Positions 25,365 to 39,878 of a DNA stretch of 64,000 nucleotides are shown here, piece after piece. The DNA comes from Eledone cirrhosa (Eukaryota): the NCBI GenBank assembly GCA_964016885.1, contig OZ024761.1, forward strand, positions 11,098,001 to 11,162,000. The letters are read 5' to 3'. The position numbers and the translations under genes were made by a program. The number at the start of each line of letters is the position of its first letter. Position 1 is the first letter of the stretch. Under the pieces are notes generated by a model. It searched no databases and was not told the DNA's origin. It worked only from the letters and a program-made list of their open reading frames with translations.

Positions 25365-28058
25365 TATTGTTGTTGTTGTTGGTGGTGTTGGTGGTGTTGG
25401 TGTTGGTGGTGGTGTTGGTGGTGTTGGTGGTGTTGGTGGTGTTGTTGTTGGTGGTGGTGTTGGTGGTGTTGTTGGTGGTGGTGTTGGTGGTGGTGGTGTT
25501 GGTGGTGGTGTTGGTGGTGGTGGTGGTGTGTTGGTGGTGGTGTTGGTGGTGTTGGTGGTCTTGTTGGTGGTGTTGGTGGTGTTGGTGGTGTTGGTGGTGT
25601 TGGTGGTGGTGTTGGTGGTGGTGGTGGTGGTGTTGGTGGTGGTGGTGGTGGTGGTGGTGGTGGTGTTGGTGGTGGTGGTGGTGGTGTTGGTGGTGGTGGT
25701 GTTGGTGGTGGTGTTGGTGGTGGTGGTGGTGTTGGTGGTGGGTGTTGGTGGTGGTGTTGGTGGTGTTGGTGGTGGTGTTGGTGGTGTTGGTGTTGGTGGT
25801 GGTGTTGGTGGTGGTGTTGGTGGTGGTGGTGGTGTTGGTGGTGGTGTTGGTGGTGTTGGTGGTGGTGTTGGTGGTGTTGGTGGTGGTGGTGTTGGTGGTG
25901 GTGGTGGTGTTGGTGGTGGTGTTGGTGGTGTTGGTGGTGGTGTTGGTGGTGTTGGTGTTGGTGGTGGTGTTGGTGGTGGTGTTGGTGGTGGTGGTGTTGG
26001 TGGTGGTGTTGGTGGTGGTGTTGGTGGTGGTGTTGGTGGTGGTGTTGTTGGTGGTGTTGGTGGTGTTGGTGGTGTTGTTGTTGTTGTTGGTGGTGGTGTT
26101 GGTGGTGGTGGTGGTGGTGGTGGTGGTGTTGGTGGTGTTGGTGGTGGTGGTGGTGGTGTTGGTGGTGTTGGTGGTGGTGTTGGTGGTGTTGGTGTTGGTG
26201 GTGGTGTTGGTGGTGGTGTTGGTGGTGGTGGTGTTGGTGGTGGTGGTGGTGGTGTTGGTGGTGGTGTTGGTGGTGGTGTTGGTGGTGGTGTTGGTGGTGT
26301 TGGTGGTGGTGGTGGTGTTGGTGGTGGTGGTGGTGGTGTTGGTGGTGGTGGTGTTAGTGGTGGTGGTGGTGGTGGTGTTGTTGTTGTTGGTGGTGGTGTT
26401 GGTGGTGGTGTTGGTGGTGGTGGTGGTGGTGGTGGTGTTGGTGGTGGTGGTGTTGGTGGTGGTGGTGGTGGTGCTGGTGGTGTTGGTGGTGGTGGTGGTG
26501 GTGGTGTTAGTGGTGGTGGTAGTGGTGGTGTTGGTGGTGGTGGTGTTGGTGGTGGTGGTGGTGGTGGTGGTGGTGGTGTTGGTGGTGGTGGTGTTGGTGG
26601 TGGTGGTGTTGGTGGTGGTGTTGGTGTTGGTGGTGTTGGTGGTGTTGGTGGTGTTGGTGGTGTTGGTGGTGGTGTTGGTGGTGTTGGTGTTGGTGGTGTT
26701 GGTGGTGTTGGTGTTGGTGGTGTTGGTGGTGGTGTTGGTGGTGGTGATGGTGGTGTTGGTGGTGTTGGTGTTGGTGGTGTTGGTGTTGGTGGTGTTGGCG
26801 GTGGTGGTGTTGGTGGTGGTGGTGGTGGTGTTGGTGTTGGTGGTGGTGTTGGTGGTGGTGTTGGTGGTGGTGGTGTTGATGGTGGTGTTGGTGTTGGTGG
26901 TGTTGGTGGTGGTGTTGGTGGTGTTGGTGGTGGTGTTGGTGGTGTTGGTGTTGGTGGTGTTGGTGGTGTTGGTGTTGGTGGTGTTGGTGTTGGTGTTGGT
27001 GGTGTTGGCGGTGTTGGTGTTGGTGTTGGTGGTGTTGGTGTTGGTGGTGTTGGCGGTGGTGGTGTTAGTGGTGGTGGTGGTGGTGGTGGTGGTGGTGGTG
27101 TTGGTGGTGGTGTTGGTGGTGTTGGTGTTGGTGGTGTTGGTGGTGTTGGTGGTGGTGTTGGTGGTGTTGGTGGTGTTTTGTGTTGGTGGTGTTGGTGGTG
27201 GTGGTGTTGGTGGTGGTGGTGGTGGTGGTGGTGGTGTTGGTGGTGGTGTTGGTGTTGGTGGTGGTGGTGGTGGTGGTGGTGGTGGTGGTGTTGGTGGTGG
27301 TTGTGGGTGGTGGTGGTGGTGGTGGTGTGGGTGGTGGTGTTGGTGGTGGTGTTGGTGTTGGTGGGTGGTGGTGGTGTTGGTGGTGGTGTTGGTGGTGGTG
27401 GTGGTGGTGGTGTTGGTGGTGTTGGTGGTGTTGGTGGTGGTGTTGGTGGCGTTGGTGGTGGTGTTGGTGGTGTTGGTGGTGTTGGCGGTGGTGGTGGTGG
27501 TGTTGGTGTTGGTGGTGTTGGTGTTGGTGGTGTTGGTGTTGGTGGTGGTGGTGTTGGTGGTGTTGGTGGTGTTGGCGGTGGTGTTGGTGTTGGTGGTGTT
27601 GGTGGTGTTGGTGGTGTTGGTGGTGTTGGTGGTGGTGTTGGTGGTGGTGGTGTTGGTGGTGTTGGTGGTGTTGGCGGTGTTGGTGGTGGTGGTGTTGGTG
27701 GTGTTGGTGGTGTTGGCGGTGGTGGTGGTGGTGTTGGTGTTGGTGGTGTTGGTGGTGGTGTTGGTGGTGTTGGCGGTGGTGGTGGTGGTGTTGGTGGTGT
27801 TGGTGTTGGTGGTGGTGGTGTTGGTGGTGTTGGTGGTGTTGGTGGTGTTGGTGGTGGTGGTGTTGGTGGTGTTGGTGGTGTTGGCGGTGGTGGTGGTGGT
27901 GTTGGCGGTGGTGGTGGTGGTGTTGGTGGTGTTGGTGTTGGTGGTGTTGGTGGTGTTGGTGGTGTTGGCGGTGGTGGTGGTGGTGTTGGCGGTGGTGGTG
28001 GTGGTGTTGGTGTTGGTGGTGTTGGTGGTGTTGGTGGTGGTGTTGGTGGTGTTGGTGT
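25365..28058. repeat. 2.7-kb (GGT/GTT)n microsatellite
   Basis: Direct inspection; source of the ~850-1000-aa low-complexity ORFs. Confidence 0.97.
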
Positions 28059-28129
28059 CTGTTGTCACCAGTTCTCTAATTTGATATAAACTTGTGTGTC
28101 ATTATGAGTTGACACCAGTTGTTGAGTTT

Positions 28130-29025
28130 GTTGTAGTTGTGGCAGTAGTGGTGGGGATGTTGTTGTTGTTGTAGTTGTGGCAGTAGTGGTGGAGATGTTG
28201 TTGTTGTAGTTGTGGCAGTAGTGGTGGAGATGTTGTTGTTGTTGTAGTTGTGGCAGTAGTGGTGGAGATGTTGTTGTTGTAGTTGTGGCAGTAGTGGTGG
28301 AGATGTTGTTGTTGTTGTAGTTGTGGCAGTAGTGGTGGAGATGTTGTTGTTGTTGTAGTTGTGGCAGTAGTGGTGGAGATGTTGTTGTTGTAGTTGTGGC
28401 AGTAGTGGTGGGGATGTTGTTGTTGTAGTTGTGGCAGTAGTGGTGGAGATGTTGTTGTTGTTGTAGTTGTGGCAGTAGTGGTGGAGATGTTGTTGTTGTT
28501 GTAGTTGTGGCAGTAGTGGTGGAGATGTTGTTGTTGTAGTTGTGGCAGTAGTGGTGGGGATGTTGTTGTTGTAGTTGTGGCAGTAGTGGTGGAGATGTTG
28601 TTGTTGTTGTAGTTGTGGCAGTAGTGGTGGAGATGTTGTTGTTGTTGTAGTTGTGGCAGTAGTGGTGGGGATGTTGTTGTTGTAGTTGTGGCAGTAGTGG
28701 TGGAGATGTTGTTGTTGTTGTAGTTGTGGCAGTAGTGGTGGAGATGTTGTTGTTGTTGTAGTTGTGGCAGTAGTGGTGGAGATGTTGTTGTTGTTGTAGT
28801 TGTGGCAGTAGTGGTGGGGATGTTGTTGTTGTTGTAGTTGTGGCAGTAGTGGTGGAGATGTTGTTGTTGTAGTTGTGGCAGTAGTGGTGAGGATGTTGTT
28901 GTTGTAGTTGTGGCAGTAGTGGTGGGGATGTTGTTGTTGTTGTAGTCGTGGCAGTAGTGGTGGAGATGTTGTTGTTGTGGCAGTAGTGGTGGAGATGTTG
29001 TTGTTGTTGTTATTGTTGTGGCAGG
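28130..29025. repeat. 33-36-bp minisatellite (gttgtggcagtagtggtggagat(gtt)n gta)
   Basis: Tandem array with a variable (gtt) count. Confidence 0.95.
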
Positions 29026-29426
29026 GCTGATTGTAGGATTTGTTGTAATGTGGGTGTCTATATCTCTAACTGATGATATGACCCCCTATCTTCTCAGCTA
29101 GAGTACCCCCAGCCCAGCAGTTTGTCTGTCTTGTTGTGAGTGTCTTTCTAGGACTTAATGGCTAAACAAACAGAAAATACTTTTATGAACTAGGACAGAG
29201 GTAGAGGAGGGGAAATGAGAAGGGGGGGGGGGGTCTATTCTCTTCTACTTCGTCTTCTTAATTAATTAATTAATATGTTGGGCAGCAAAAAAGCACCCAG
29301 CCCACACTGTAAAGTGGACGTGTAGACGCCACGGAAAAAAGCACCCAGCACTCATTGTAAATGAGGTTGGTGTTAGGAAGGGCATCCAGCTGTGGAAATC
29401 AAGCCAGAATCAGTTCCCGTATGGGC

Positions 29427-32126
29427 AAGACAAGGTCAGCCAACCGGACACTGCCCACAACAGGACAACCTGTCTAACCCATGCGATGATGATGATAATA
29501 TATAAGCCGTGTAGGTAACACGGTAAAAAGTTCCCAGTCCACACTGTAAATGTGGTTGGAGTTAGGAAGGGCATCCAGCCGTAGAAAACCTGCCAGAAAC
29601 AGTCCTATACGAGCGAGACATGGTCACCTCACCAATCTTGCCTCAAGTGGGACAATTCCCGTCTAACCCATGCTAGCGTGGAAGATAGACGTTAAACGAT
29701 GATGATGATGAAGAGAGAGGGGGGTATATCTACAGGGAAGCCATAGGTTGACTGGTGAGTCAACCTGGAATTTTCCACACAATTAAATCAAAGATGGGTG
29801 AAACCAAAGTGAAAAGAAGAAGACTTTGTTATATTTTAATTGTGTAATCAGGTAGAATAGTTGTTTAGGAATTTATGGTGGATTTCTGCAGGGTACTGGT
29901 TGCTAAGCAACTGGAACAGGGTGTGGTGTGGTGGTGGTGATGGTGTACAGTAGAGGTGGTGGTGTGGTGGTGGAAGAGGTGTGGTGTGCAGTAGTTGTGA
30001 TGGTGTGCGGTAGAGGTGGTGGAAGAGGTGGGGTGGTGGTGTGTGGTGGTTGTGATGGTGTGTGGTAGTGGTGGTGAGAATAATTGCAGTACACACACAC
30101 AGTGAAACATACATACACACACACACATACAGTGAAACATATATTTACACACACACACACACACAGTCATACTCCCCCTCCCCCCACAGTGTAGTATGCC
30201 CTTGCTGTAACCATAGTTACACCAGACAACTGTTCTCTATTACCAAAAGTTGCAGGAGTCTTCTGGGAATTATTCTTACTTTAATGAATGGAATTACACA
30301 CACACACATATATATACAGACATACATACACACACACACATATATACAGACATACATACACACATATATATATACAGACATACATACACACACACACATA
30401 TATACAGACATACATACACACATATATATAGACATACATACACACACACACATATATACAGACATACATACACACACACATATATATACAGACATACATA
30501 CACACACACATATATATACAGACATACATACACACACACATATATATACAGCCATACATACACACACACATATATATACAGACATACATACACACACACA
30601 TATATATACAGACATACATACACACACACACATATATATATAGACATACATACCACATACACATATATATAGACATACATACACACACATATATATATAT
30701 ATATATAGACATACATACCACACACATATATATATGTATAAATATTTTGTATCTCCAAAGAAATACGGTTTTAGGAAGCCGTAACTATGCCAACACTGGG
30801 GGGGGGGCTAACGCCCTCTGGTGATGTCCAGGAGATACAAAATATTTATACATATTGTATAAAGCTATGCTTGAAGTGAAATCCTATTTCTTTTTTATTA
30901 TAAGTTGAGCCAACTTATGCAGCTTCATATGCAAATGAGATTAATCACCTCATTTACATAGACGAGAAAAGTATATATTCTCAGCTGTCTTCTAGTCCAG
31001 CAGTGGCGGTGGGAGGTTGTTCCCCTTGCTTCTGCTGGACATCACCACTACCGCACACCACACCTCTTCCACCACCACTACCGCACACCATCACACCACA
31101 CCTCTTCCACCACCACTACCGCACACCATCACACCACACCTCTTCCACCACCACTACCACACACCACACCACACCTCTTCCACACACCACACCACACCTC
31201 TTCCACCACCACTACCACACACCACACCACCACCACACACCATCACAACCACCACACCACACCACTACCACACCTCTTCCATCACCACTACCACACACCA
31301 TCACAACCACCACACCACACCTCTTCCACCACCACTACCGCACACCACCCCACACCTCTTCCACCACCACTACCGCACACCACACCACACCTCTTCCACA
31401 CTACACCTCTTCCACCACCACCACTACCACACACCACACCTCTTCCACCACCACCACCACCACACCACACCTCTTCCACCACCACTACCGCACACCACCA
31501 CACCACACCTCTTCCACCACCACTACCACACACCATCACAACCACCACACCACACCTCTACCACCACCACCACACCACACCTCTTCCACCACCTCTACTG
31601 CACACCATCACCACCACCACACCACACCCTGTTCCAGTTGCTTAGCAACCAGTACCCTGCAGAAATCCACCATAAATTCCTAAACAACTATTCTACCTGA
31701 TTACACAATTAAAATATAACAAAGTCTTCTTCTTTTCACTTTGGTTTCACCCATCTTTGATTTAATTGTGTGGAAAATTCCAGGTTGACTCACCAGTCAA
31801 CCTGTGGCTTCCCTGTAGATATACCCCCCCTCTCTCTCTCTTCATCATCATCATCGTTTAATGTCTATCTTCCACGCTAGCATGGGTTAGACGGGAATTG
31901 TCCCACTTGAGGCAAGATTGGTGAGGTGACCATGTCTCGCTCGTATAGGACTGTTTCTGGCAGGTTTTCTACGGCTGGATGCCCTTCCTAACTCCAACCA
32001 CATTTACAGTGTGGACTGGGAACTTTTTACCGTGTTACCTACACGGCTTATATATCATCATCATCATCGCATGGGTTAGACAGGTTGTCCTGTTGTGGGC
32101 AGTGTCCGGTTGGCTGACCTTGTCTT
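29427..32126. repeat. Inverted segmental duplication (arms ~29427-30075 and ~31515-32126)
   Basis: SINE fragments plus unique sequence (e.g. ggtagaatagttgtttaggaatttatggtggatttctgcagggtac) recur as a reverse complement with only a few substitutions. Confidence 0.9.
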
Positions 32127-32700
32127 CTAGTCCAGCAGTCGCAAGCGGTGGGAGGGACCGTCCTGACAAAGGCCAGTTAAGCTTGAAATGCATAGACGGT
32201 TGTCCCCCTTGCTTCTGCTGGACATCACACACATACATATCTAGACATATATACATACACACACATATAGATATATATATAGGGATATACATACATACAC
32301 ACACAGAAACATAAAACATATATAGACACATACATACACACACATACATATCTAGACATATATACATACACACACATATAGATATATATATAGGGATATA
32401 CATACATACACACACAGAAACATAAAACATATATAGACACATACATACACACACATACATATCTAGACATATATACATACACACACATATAGATATATAT
32501 ATAGGGATATACATATACACATACAGAGACATAAAACATATATAGACACATACATACACACACACATACATATCTAGACATATATACATACACACACATA
32601 TAGATATATATATATAGGGATATACATATACACACACAGAGACATAAAACATATATAGACACATACATACACACACACACATATCTAGACATATATACAT

Positions 32701-32733
<33 letters not shown>

Positions 32734-32790
32734 GGGATATACATACACACACGGAGACATAAAATATATATAGATATAAACACACACAAA

Positions 32791-33050
32791 GGAGGCACAC
32801 GACCTAGTGGTTAGAGTGTTGAACTTACAATCATAATGTTGTGGGTTTGATTCCTGGACTGGGTTGTGTGTTTTGTTCTTGAACAAGACACTTCATTTCA
32901 AGTTGCTCCAGTAAACTCAGCTGAAAATAAGTACCAGTAATAGTTGAGGGTTTAACCCTGTGAAGGACTGGTGTCCTGTTCAGTTGGGGTCTTGTACTCT
33001 CAGTATTTTAACACCATGGAAACCGAAATAAACACCATCATGATGAGCCT
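32791..33050 (+). mobile_element. tRNA-derived SINE, related subfamily
   Basis: ggaggcacacgacctagtggttagag (A box), gggtttgattcc (B box) and cttgaacaagacactt core. Confidence 0.75.
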
Positions 33051-33689
33051 CTATACCAGCGGTACCCTTGAAATAGGTTCATGTCTCAGGGAACTCCTAC
33101 ATAAAAATTATTATTAATATCTATCTCTTATATTGACCTAGTTTTAAATAATATAAGAGGTTGAAGCCTTTCTTAAAATAAACAAGGATTCTCCGACAAT
33201 ATGCCGTAAATGCAGAGTAAAATTACGATTATAAAATTAAACAAAAATTACTTTTAAGAAATACATTAGTTTCTTTATCACTGGTTCTCGCGGAACCCCT
33301 AGCGACCTCTTGCGGAATCCTAGGTTCAAGGGAACACCGGTTGAAGGCTTTACCTTACATAATATCTCACATAACATTTACATTACTCTATATATACTAT
33401 TGTATTTTCACAATAAAGGCTTTATCTCACATAACATTTACATTACTCTATATATACTATTGTATTTTCACAGTAAAGGCTTTATCTTACATAATTATCT
33501 CACATAATATCGAATCTATGAGATTTTTATGTTATTTATTTTGAGAAAAATACCTCAACATCAGTATGAGTGGCCAGTTACAGCCGGTTTGAAAAGAAAG
33601 AGGTGAGAAAATTCTGGCCAGATATGGACGGTTTAAATGCTAAAGGGTTAATAATAAAACTGAACTGAAACATCAGCTGGTGTGTGGGT

Positions 33690-33695
33690 TTTATT
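33690..33695 (-). terminator. Candidate GOSR1 polyadenylation signal AATAAA (implies ~2.2-kb 3' UTR)
   Basis: First minus-strand AATAAA I could find by eye downstream of the stop codon. Not otherwise supported. Confidence 0.3.
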
Positions 33696-35938
33696 GGTAA
33701 CATGGCTATACCAAAATACAACAGTGTTTGTTTAGACTCATAATTTCCGATCTAGAATCTTCCAAAACAAATACAAAAACCGAAATTCCGAAAGAGGAAG
33801 GAAATGGCTGTGAAATATTTAATGTGAGTTATTAGTATTGATCAGTATTGACTGACTGATTGGTGGCTAATAAGATAAACTGGCAGGAATTTCAGCAGTT
33901 GTTTTGTCGGAAGATTGCAAAGACTTCATGTCTTGCCAGAAATAGTTAGAGAAGGTGAAGGTCATAGAGAGGGTGTGGTGGTGGAGGGTGGAGTGGGGTG
34001 GTGGGGAGGGTGGACTAAGGTGGGGTGGAGGATTAAGGTGTGGGATGTGTGTGAAGAGGGTGAACTAGGGTGGTGGTGGAGAGGGTGGATTGTGGGGGGG
34101 AACTAGGGCGGGGACAGAGAGGGTGAACTAGGGTGCAGGGGTGGACTACAACAGGGGTGGTAGAGGGGAAAGAGAGGGGGTTGTATTGGGTGAACTAGGA
34201 TGCTGAGGGATGGAGGAGTATGTGCTGGGTGGACTAGGTCAGGTGTGGAGGAGGAGAAAGTCTGCCATTTAACAAGAACAAAGACACAAAAAGAGAAAAA
34301 AAAGAAAGAAGCAAACATTTCTTCCCAGATGAAATAAAAACCTTTATATCCCATAATACATCAGATTTTGCTGAGCTCAGCGGGTAACAAGGGTACCATG
34401 TTACGCAGGTACCTTACAAAAAGGTACTATATTACGTAGATACCCTATAATAGGGTACCATGTTACACACTTACCCTATAATAGGGGTACCATGTTACAT
34501 ATGTACCCCCATAACAGGGCACAACATTACACAGGTACCATGTTACATCGATACCCTATAATAGGGGTACCATGTTACATGTGTACCCCATAACAGGGTC
34601 AGGTACCATGTTACACAGTTACCCTATAATAGGGGCACGATGTTACATATGTACCCCATAACAGGGCATGACATTACACAGGTACCAGGGTACCATGTAC
34701 CCCATAAAACAACAATTATTTACAAAAATACTTCCACATCACAGCCAGTCTTTCTCTTTTTTTTTCTGTATATTTTTTTGTCTGTTTGTGTGGTCAGTAA
34801 GTATGGTTGGTAGTCCTGGACATTCCCTGACCACCACACAATAATCACACCTAGCCACCACCCCTTGCAACGTCCAAATACTGACCCCCTGGTCCTAGAA
34901 TAGATTATAGAACATCTCTGACATGGGAAAACTCATGGAGGTCCTCTGTATAATTGTAAAAAAAAAAAAAATTTTTTTTTAAAAGGGGGGGGGGGGGGGG
35001 CTATCTCCATACCACATGTTAGTTGACCAGCATGGATATCTCCATACCACATGTTAGTTGACCAGCATGGATATCTCCACACCACATGTTTTAGTTGACC
35101 TTCACCAGCATGTCTATCTCCACACTGCAGGATTTAACTGACCAGAAGCTGACTGGTTGGGAATAAGGTGGCTAGAGTTGACCAATGAGTGGACAGTTAA
35201 AAAGGGTCAAAAAGAGGAAGAAAACAGACAATGTCCAGTTATGTGAGTGTGTGTGTGTGTGTTGGTCAAAACAAGTGACCGCCACCGGCCTGTTACCTCC
35301 ATACCATAGTTTGATTGATGACCAGAATATTAGAGACATTGTCCAGACTTGTATCTGTGTGAGGATAATGATTAGAAAGGCTGACCATCACCAGCTGGGT
35401 TACCTCCAAACTATTGACCAGAGCTTTGGACAGAGCATGACAAACATAGACTTGTCATGTATGTATGTGTGAATGTGTGTAAGTATGTGTGTGTGTGGAT
35501 GATGTTCAGCATGACTGACCATCACAAGCCTGGTTACTTCCATGCGAATGGCTTTGACTGACCAGAACCTCACAGACAGGGAATAACATGTGGCTAGAAT
35601 TGATTAAATAGTGGACAGTTAACAGATCATAGAAGATGTCCAATTCCGTGTGTGAGTGGGGCGGAGAGGGGGGGGGGGGGGGGTCAGAGAGGTTGACCGT
35701 CACTAGTTTAGTTACTTCCATACCATAAGGATTAACTGACCCGAGAATCACAGACTAGGGCTGACCAGATACAGTGGACAGTTAACAGAGCAAAGAAGAT
35801 AAACAGTGTCCAGTGATGTGAACGGCTGTGGTTGTGTCTGTGTGTAGTGGGTCAGAGAAATTGACCCTTATATTATAGCAGCCGGTAGTTTAGTTATTCC
35901 ACCAGATCTGACCAAACTTGACCAGTGGTCAAGATATA

Positions 35939-36063
35939 CTAATGTAGAGCATAGAGAATCATAAGTATGATACACCCGGATATGACAGATGCCAGAATGA
36001 TGGAGTCTCGTCGTTTACGAATATTCACTCGCTGCATAAGACTGTTGATGGCGGGGAAACGAT
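35939..36063 (-). CDS. GOSR1: GOSR1 exon 8 (terminal): (N)RFPAINSLMQRVNIRKRRDSIILASVISGCIILMILYALH*, with C-terminal tail-anchor TM
   Basis: gtcttcag|AT CGT TTC CCC ... CAT TAG. Matches human NRFPAVNSLIQRINLRKRRDSLIL...LYAFH. The eight exons sum to 726 nt. Confidence 0.96.
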
Positions 36064-39000
36064 CTGAAGACAAGAGGTCAAGGGGAGATAACTTCTGCAG
36101 ACAACTACATAAATAATAGCATCAATAGCATCACACTCATCATCATCACCATCAATATCACACTCGTCACCATCATCATCATCATCATCACTGTATAACG
36201 TCTACTCTCCACACCCACACGGGTCAGATGGCTCAACATGTTCTGAGGTTAAACAGCTTTTCTTTATAAGCTCCATTCTACTTCGTTTCTACAGCTGGGA
36301 GCCCTTCCTAACACTAACCACCTTACAGTGTGTACTGGGAGCCCTTCCTAAAACCTTCCACCTTACAGTTCTATCTATATACCCAACACCACACCAGATT
36401 ATCCTGGTATATTACACCACCCTATCTATATACCCAACACCACACCAGATTACCCTGGTATATTACACCACCCTATCTATATACCCAACACCACACCTGA
36501 TTACCCTGGTATATTAGACCACCCTATCTATATACCCAACACCACACCAGATTACCCTGGTATATTACACCACCCTATCTATATACTCAACACCACACCA
36601 GATTACCCTGGTATATTACACCACCCTATCTATATACTCAACACCACACCAGATTACCCTGGTATATTACACCACCCTATCTATATACTCAACACCACAC
36701 CAGATTACCCTGGTATATTACACCACCCTATCTATATACTCAACACCACACCAGATTACCCTGGTATATTACACCACCCTATCTATATACTCAACACCAC
36801 ACCAGATTACCCTGGTATATTACACCACCCTATCTATATACTCAACACCACACCAGATTACTCTGGTATATTACACCACCCTATCTATATACTCAACACC
36901 ACACCAGATTACCCTGGTGTATATTACCACCCTATCTATATACTCAACACCACACCAGATTACCCTGGTGTATATTACCGCCCTATCTATATACTCAACA
37001 CCACACCAGATTATCCTGGTATATTACACCACCCAATCTATATACCCAACACTACACCAGATATCCTGGTATATTACACCACCCTATCTATATACTCAAC
37101 ACCACACCAGATTACCCTGGTGTATAATCCTACCCTATCTATATACTCAACACCACACCAGATTACCCTGGTGTATAATACCGCCCTATCTATATACTCA
37201 ACACCACACCAGATTACCCTGGTGTATAATCCTACCCTATCTATATACTCAACACCACACCAGATTATCCTGGTATATTACACCACCCTATCTATATACC
37301 CAACACTACACCAGATATCCTGGTATATTACACCACCCTATCTATATACTCAACACCACACCAGATTACCCTGGTGTATAATCCTACCCTATCTATATAC
37401 TCAACACCACACCAGATTACCCTGGTATATTACACCACCCTATCTATATACTCAACACCACACCAGATATCCTGGTATATTACACCACCCTATCTATATA
37501 CTCAACACCACACCAGATTACCCTGGTATATTACACCACCCTATCTATATACTCAACACCACACCAGATTACCCTGGTGTATAATACCGCCCTATCTATA
37601 TACTCAACACCACACCAGATATCCTGGTATATTACACCACCCTATCTATATACTCAACACCACACCAGATTACCCTGGTATATTACACCACCCTATCTAT
37701 ATACTCAACACCACACCAGATTACCCTGGTGTATATTCCTACCCTATCTATATACTCAACACCACACCAGATTATCCTGGTATATTACACCACCCTATCT
37801 ATATACCCAACACTACACCAGATATCCTGGTATATTACACCACCCTATCTATATACTCAACACCACACCAGATTACCCTGGTGTATAATCCTACCCCATC
37901 TATATACTCAACACCACACCAGATTACCCTGGTGTATAATACCGCCCTATCTATATACTCAACACCACACCAGATTACCCTGGTGTATAATCCTACCCTA
38001 TCTATATACTCAACACCACACCAGATTATCCTGGTATATTACACCACCCTATCTATATACCCAACACTACACCAGATATCCTGGTATATTACACCACCCT
38101 ATCTATATACTCAACACCACACCAGATTACCCTGGTATATTACACCACCCTATCTATATACTCAACACCACACCAGATTACCCTGGTGTATAATACCGCA
38201 CTCTCTATATACCCAACACTACACCAGATATCCTGGTATATTACACCATCCTATCTATATACTCAACACCACACCAGATTACCCTGGTGTATAATACCGC
38301 CCTATCTATATACTCAACACCACACCAGATATCCTGGTATATTACACCACCCTATCTATATACTCAACACCACACCAGATTACCCTGGTATATTACACCA
38401 CCCTATCTATATACTCAACACCACACCAGATATCCTGGTATATTACACCACCCTATCTATATACTCAACACCACACCAGATTACCCTGGTATATTACACC
38501 ACCCTATCTATATACTCAACACCACACCAGATTACCCTGGTGTATATTCCTACCCTATCTATATACTCAACACCACACCAGATTATCCTGGTATATTACA
38601 CCACCCTATCTATATACCCAACACTACACCAGATATCCTGGTATATTACACCACCCTATCTATATACTCAACACCACACCAGATTACCCTGGTGTATAAT
38701 CCTACCCTATCTATATACTCAACACCACACCAGATTACCCTGGTGTATAATACCGCCCTATCTATATACTCAACACCACACCAGATTACCCTGGTGTATA
38801 ATCCGACCCTATCTATATACTCAACACCACACCAGATTATCCTGGTATATTACACCACCCTATCTATATACCCAACACTACACCAGATATCCTGGTATAT
38901 TACACCACCCTATCTATATACTCAACACCACACCAGATTACCCTGGTATATTACACCACCCTATCTATATACTCAACACCACACCAGATTACCCTGGTGT

Positions 39001-39795
39001 ATAATACCGCCCTCTCTATATACCCAACACTACACCAGATATCCTGGTATATTACACCATCCTATCTATATACTCAACACCACACCAGATTACCCTGGTG
39101 TATAATACCGCCCTATCTATATACTCAACACCACACCAGATATCCTGGTATATTACACCACCCTATCTATATACTCAACACCACACCAGATTACCCTGGT
39201 ATATTACACCACCCTATCTATATACTCAACACCACACCAGATATCCTGGTATATTACACCACCCTATCTATATACTCAACACCACACCAGATTACCCTGG
39301 TATATTACACCACCCTATCTATATACTCAACACCACACCAGATTACCCTGGTATATTACACCACCCTATCTATATACTCAACACCACACCAGATTACCCT
39401 GGTATATTACACCACCCTATCTATATACTCAACACCACACCAGATATCCTGGTATATTACACCACCCTATCTATATACTCAACACCACACCAGATTACCC
39501 TGGTATATTACACCACCCTATCTATATACTCAACACCACACCAGATTACCCTGGTATATTACACCACCCTATCTATATACTCAACACCACACCAGATATC
39601 CTGGTATATTACACCACCCTATCTATATACTCAACACCACACCAGATTACCCTGGTATATTACACCACCCTATCTATATACTCAACACCACACCAGATTA
39701 CCCTGGTGTATAATACCACCCTATATCTATAAACCCAACACTGTGCTACAATGCACAATGCACTGCACATCAGTGAGTGCAGCTGTAAAGGATAC
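36064..39795 (-). other. GOSR1: U12-type (minor spliceosome) GT-AG intron, GOSR1 intron 7
   Basis: 5' splice site GTATCCTTT (39795-39787). Branch sequence TCCCCTTGAC (36086-36077), with the branch A about 15 nt from the 3' end and only a short pyrimidine run. Confidence 0.9.
36370..39740. repeat. 50/51-bp minisatellite x~66 inside the U12 intron
   Basis: Unit ccctatctatatactcaacaccacaccagattaccctggtatattacacca, with variants and repeated variant blocks. Confidence 0.97.
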
Positions 39796-39878
39796 TTGCA
39801 AATGAGTTGACTGTCTGTGTTATGGTCATCAAAACTCCCTTCTGGAGGTAGATGTTCTCTTTAGTTGCCATAGCAACA
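39796..39878 (-). CDS. GOSR1: GOSR1 exon 7: (S)VAMATKENIYLQKGVLMTITQTVNSFA(N)
   Basis: tctgccag|T GTT GCT ATG GCA ACT AAA GAG AAC ... GCA A|gtatcctttac. 83 nt. Matches human IAMATKENM. The donor is U12-type. Confidence 0.94.

Noticed and set aside
25016-28089. 850-1020-aa poly-V/G/T ORFs (also 13829-15238 and 49397-50266)
   Set aside because: Trinucleotide microsatellites open in several frames, not mucin or glycine-rich genes.
36917-39805. Multiple overlapping Y/T/P/H-rich ORFs
   Set aside because: Translations of the 51-bp minisatellite.
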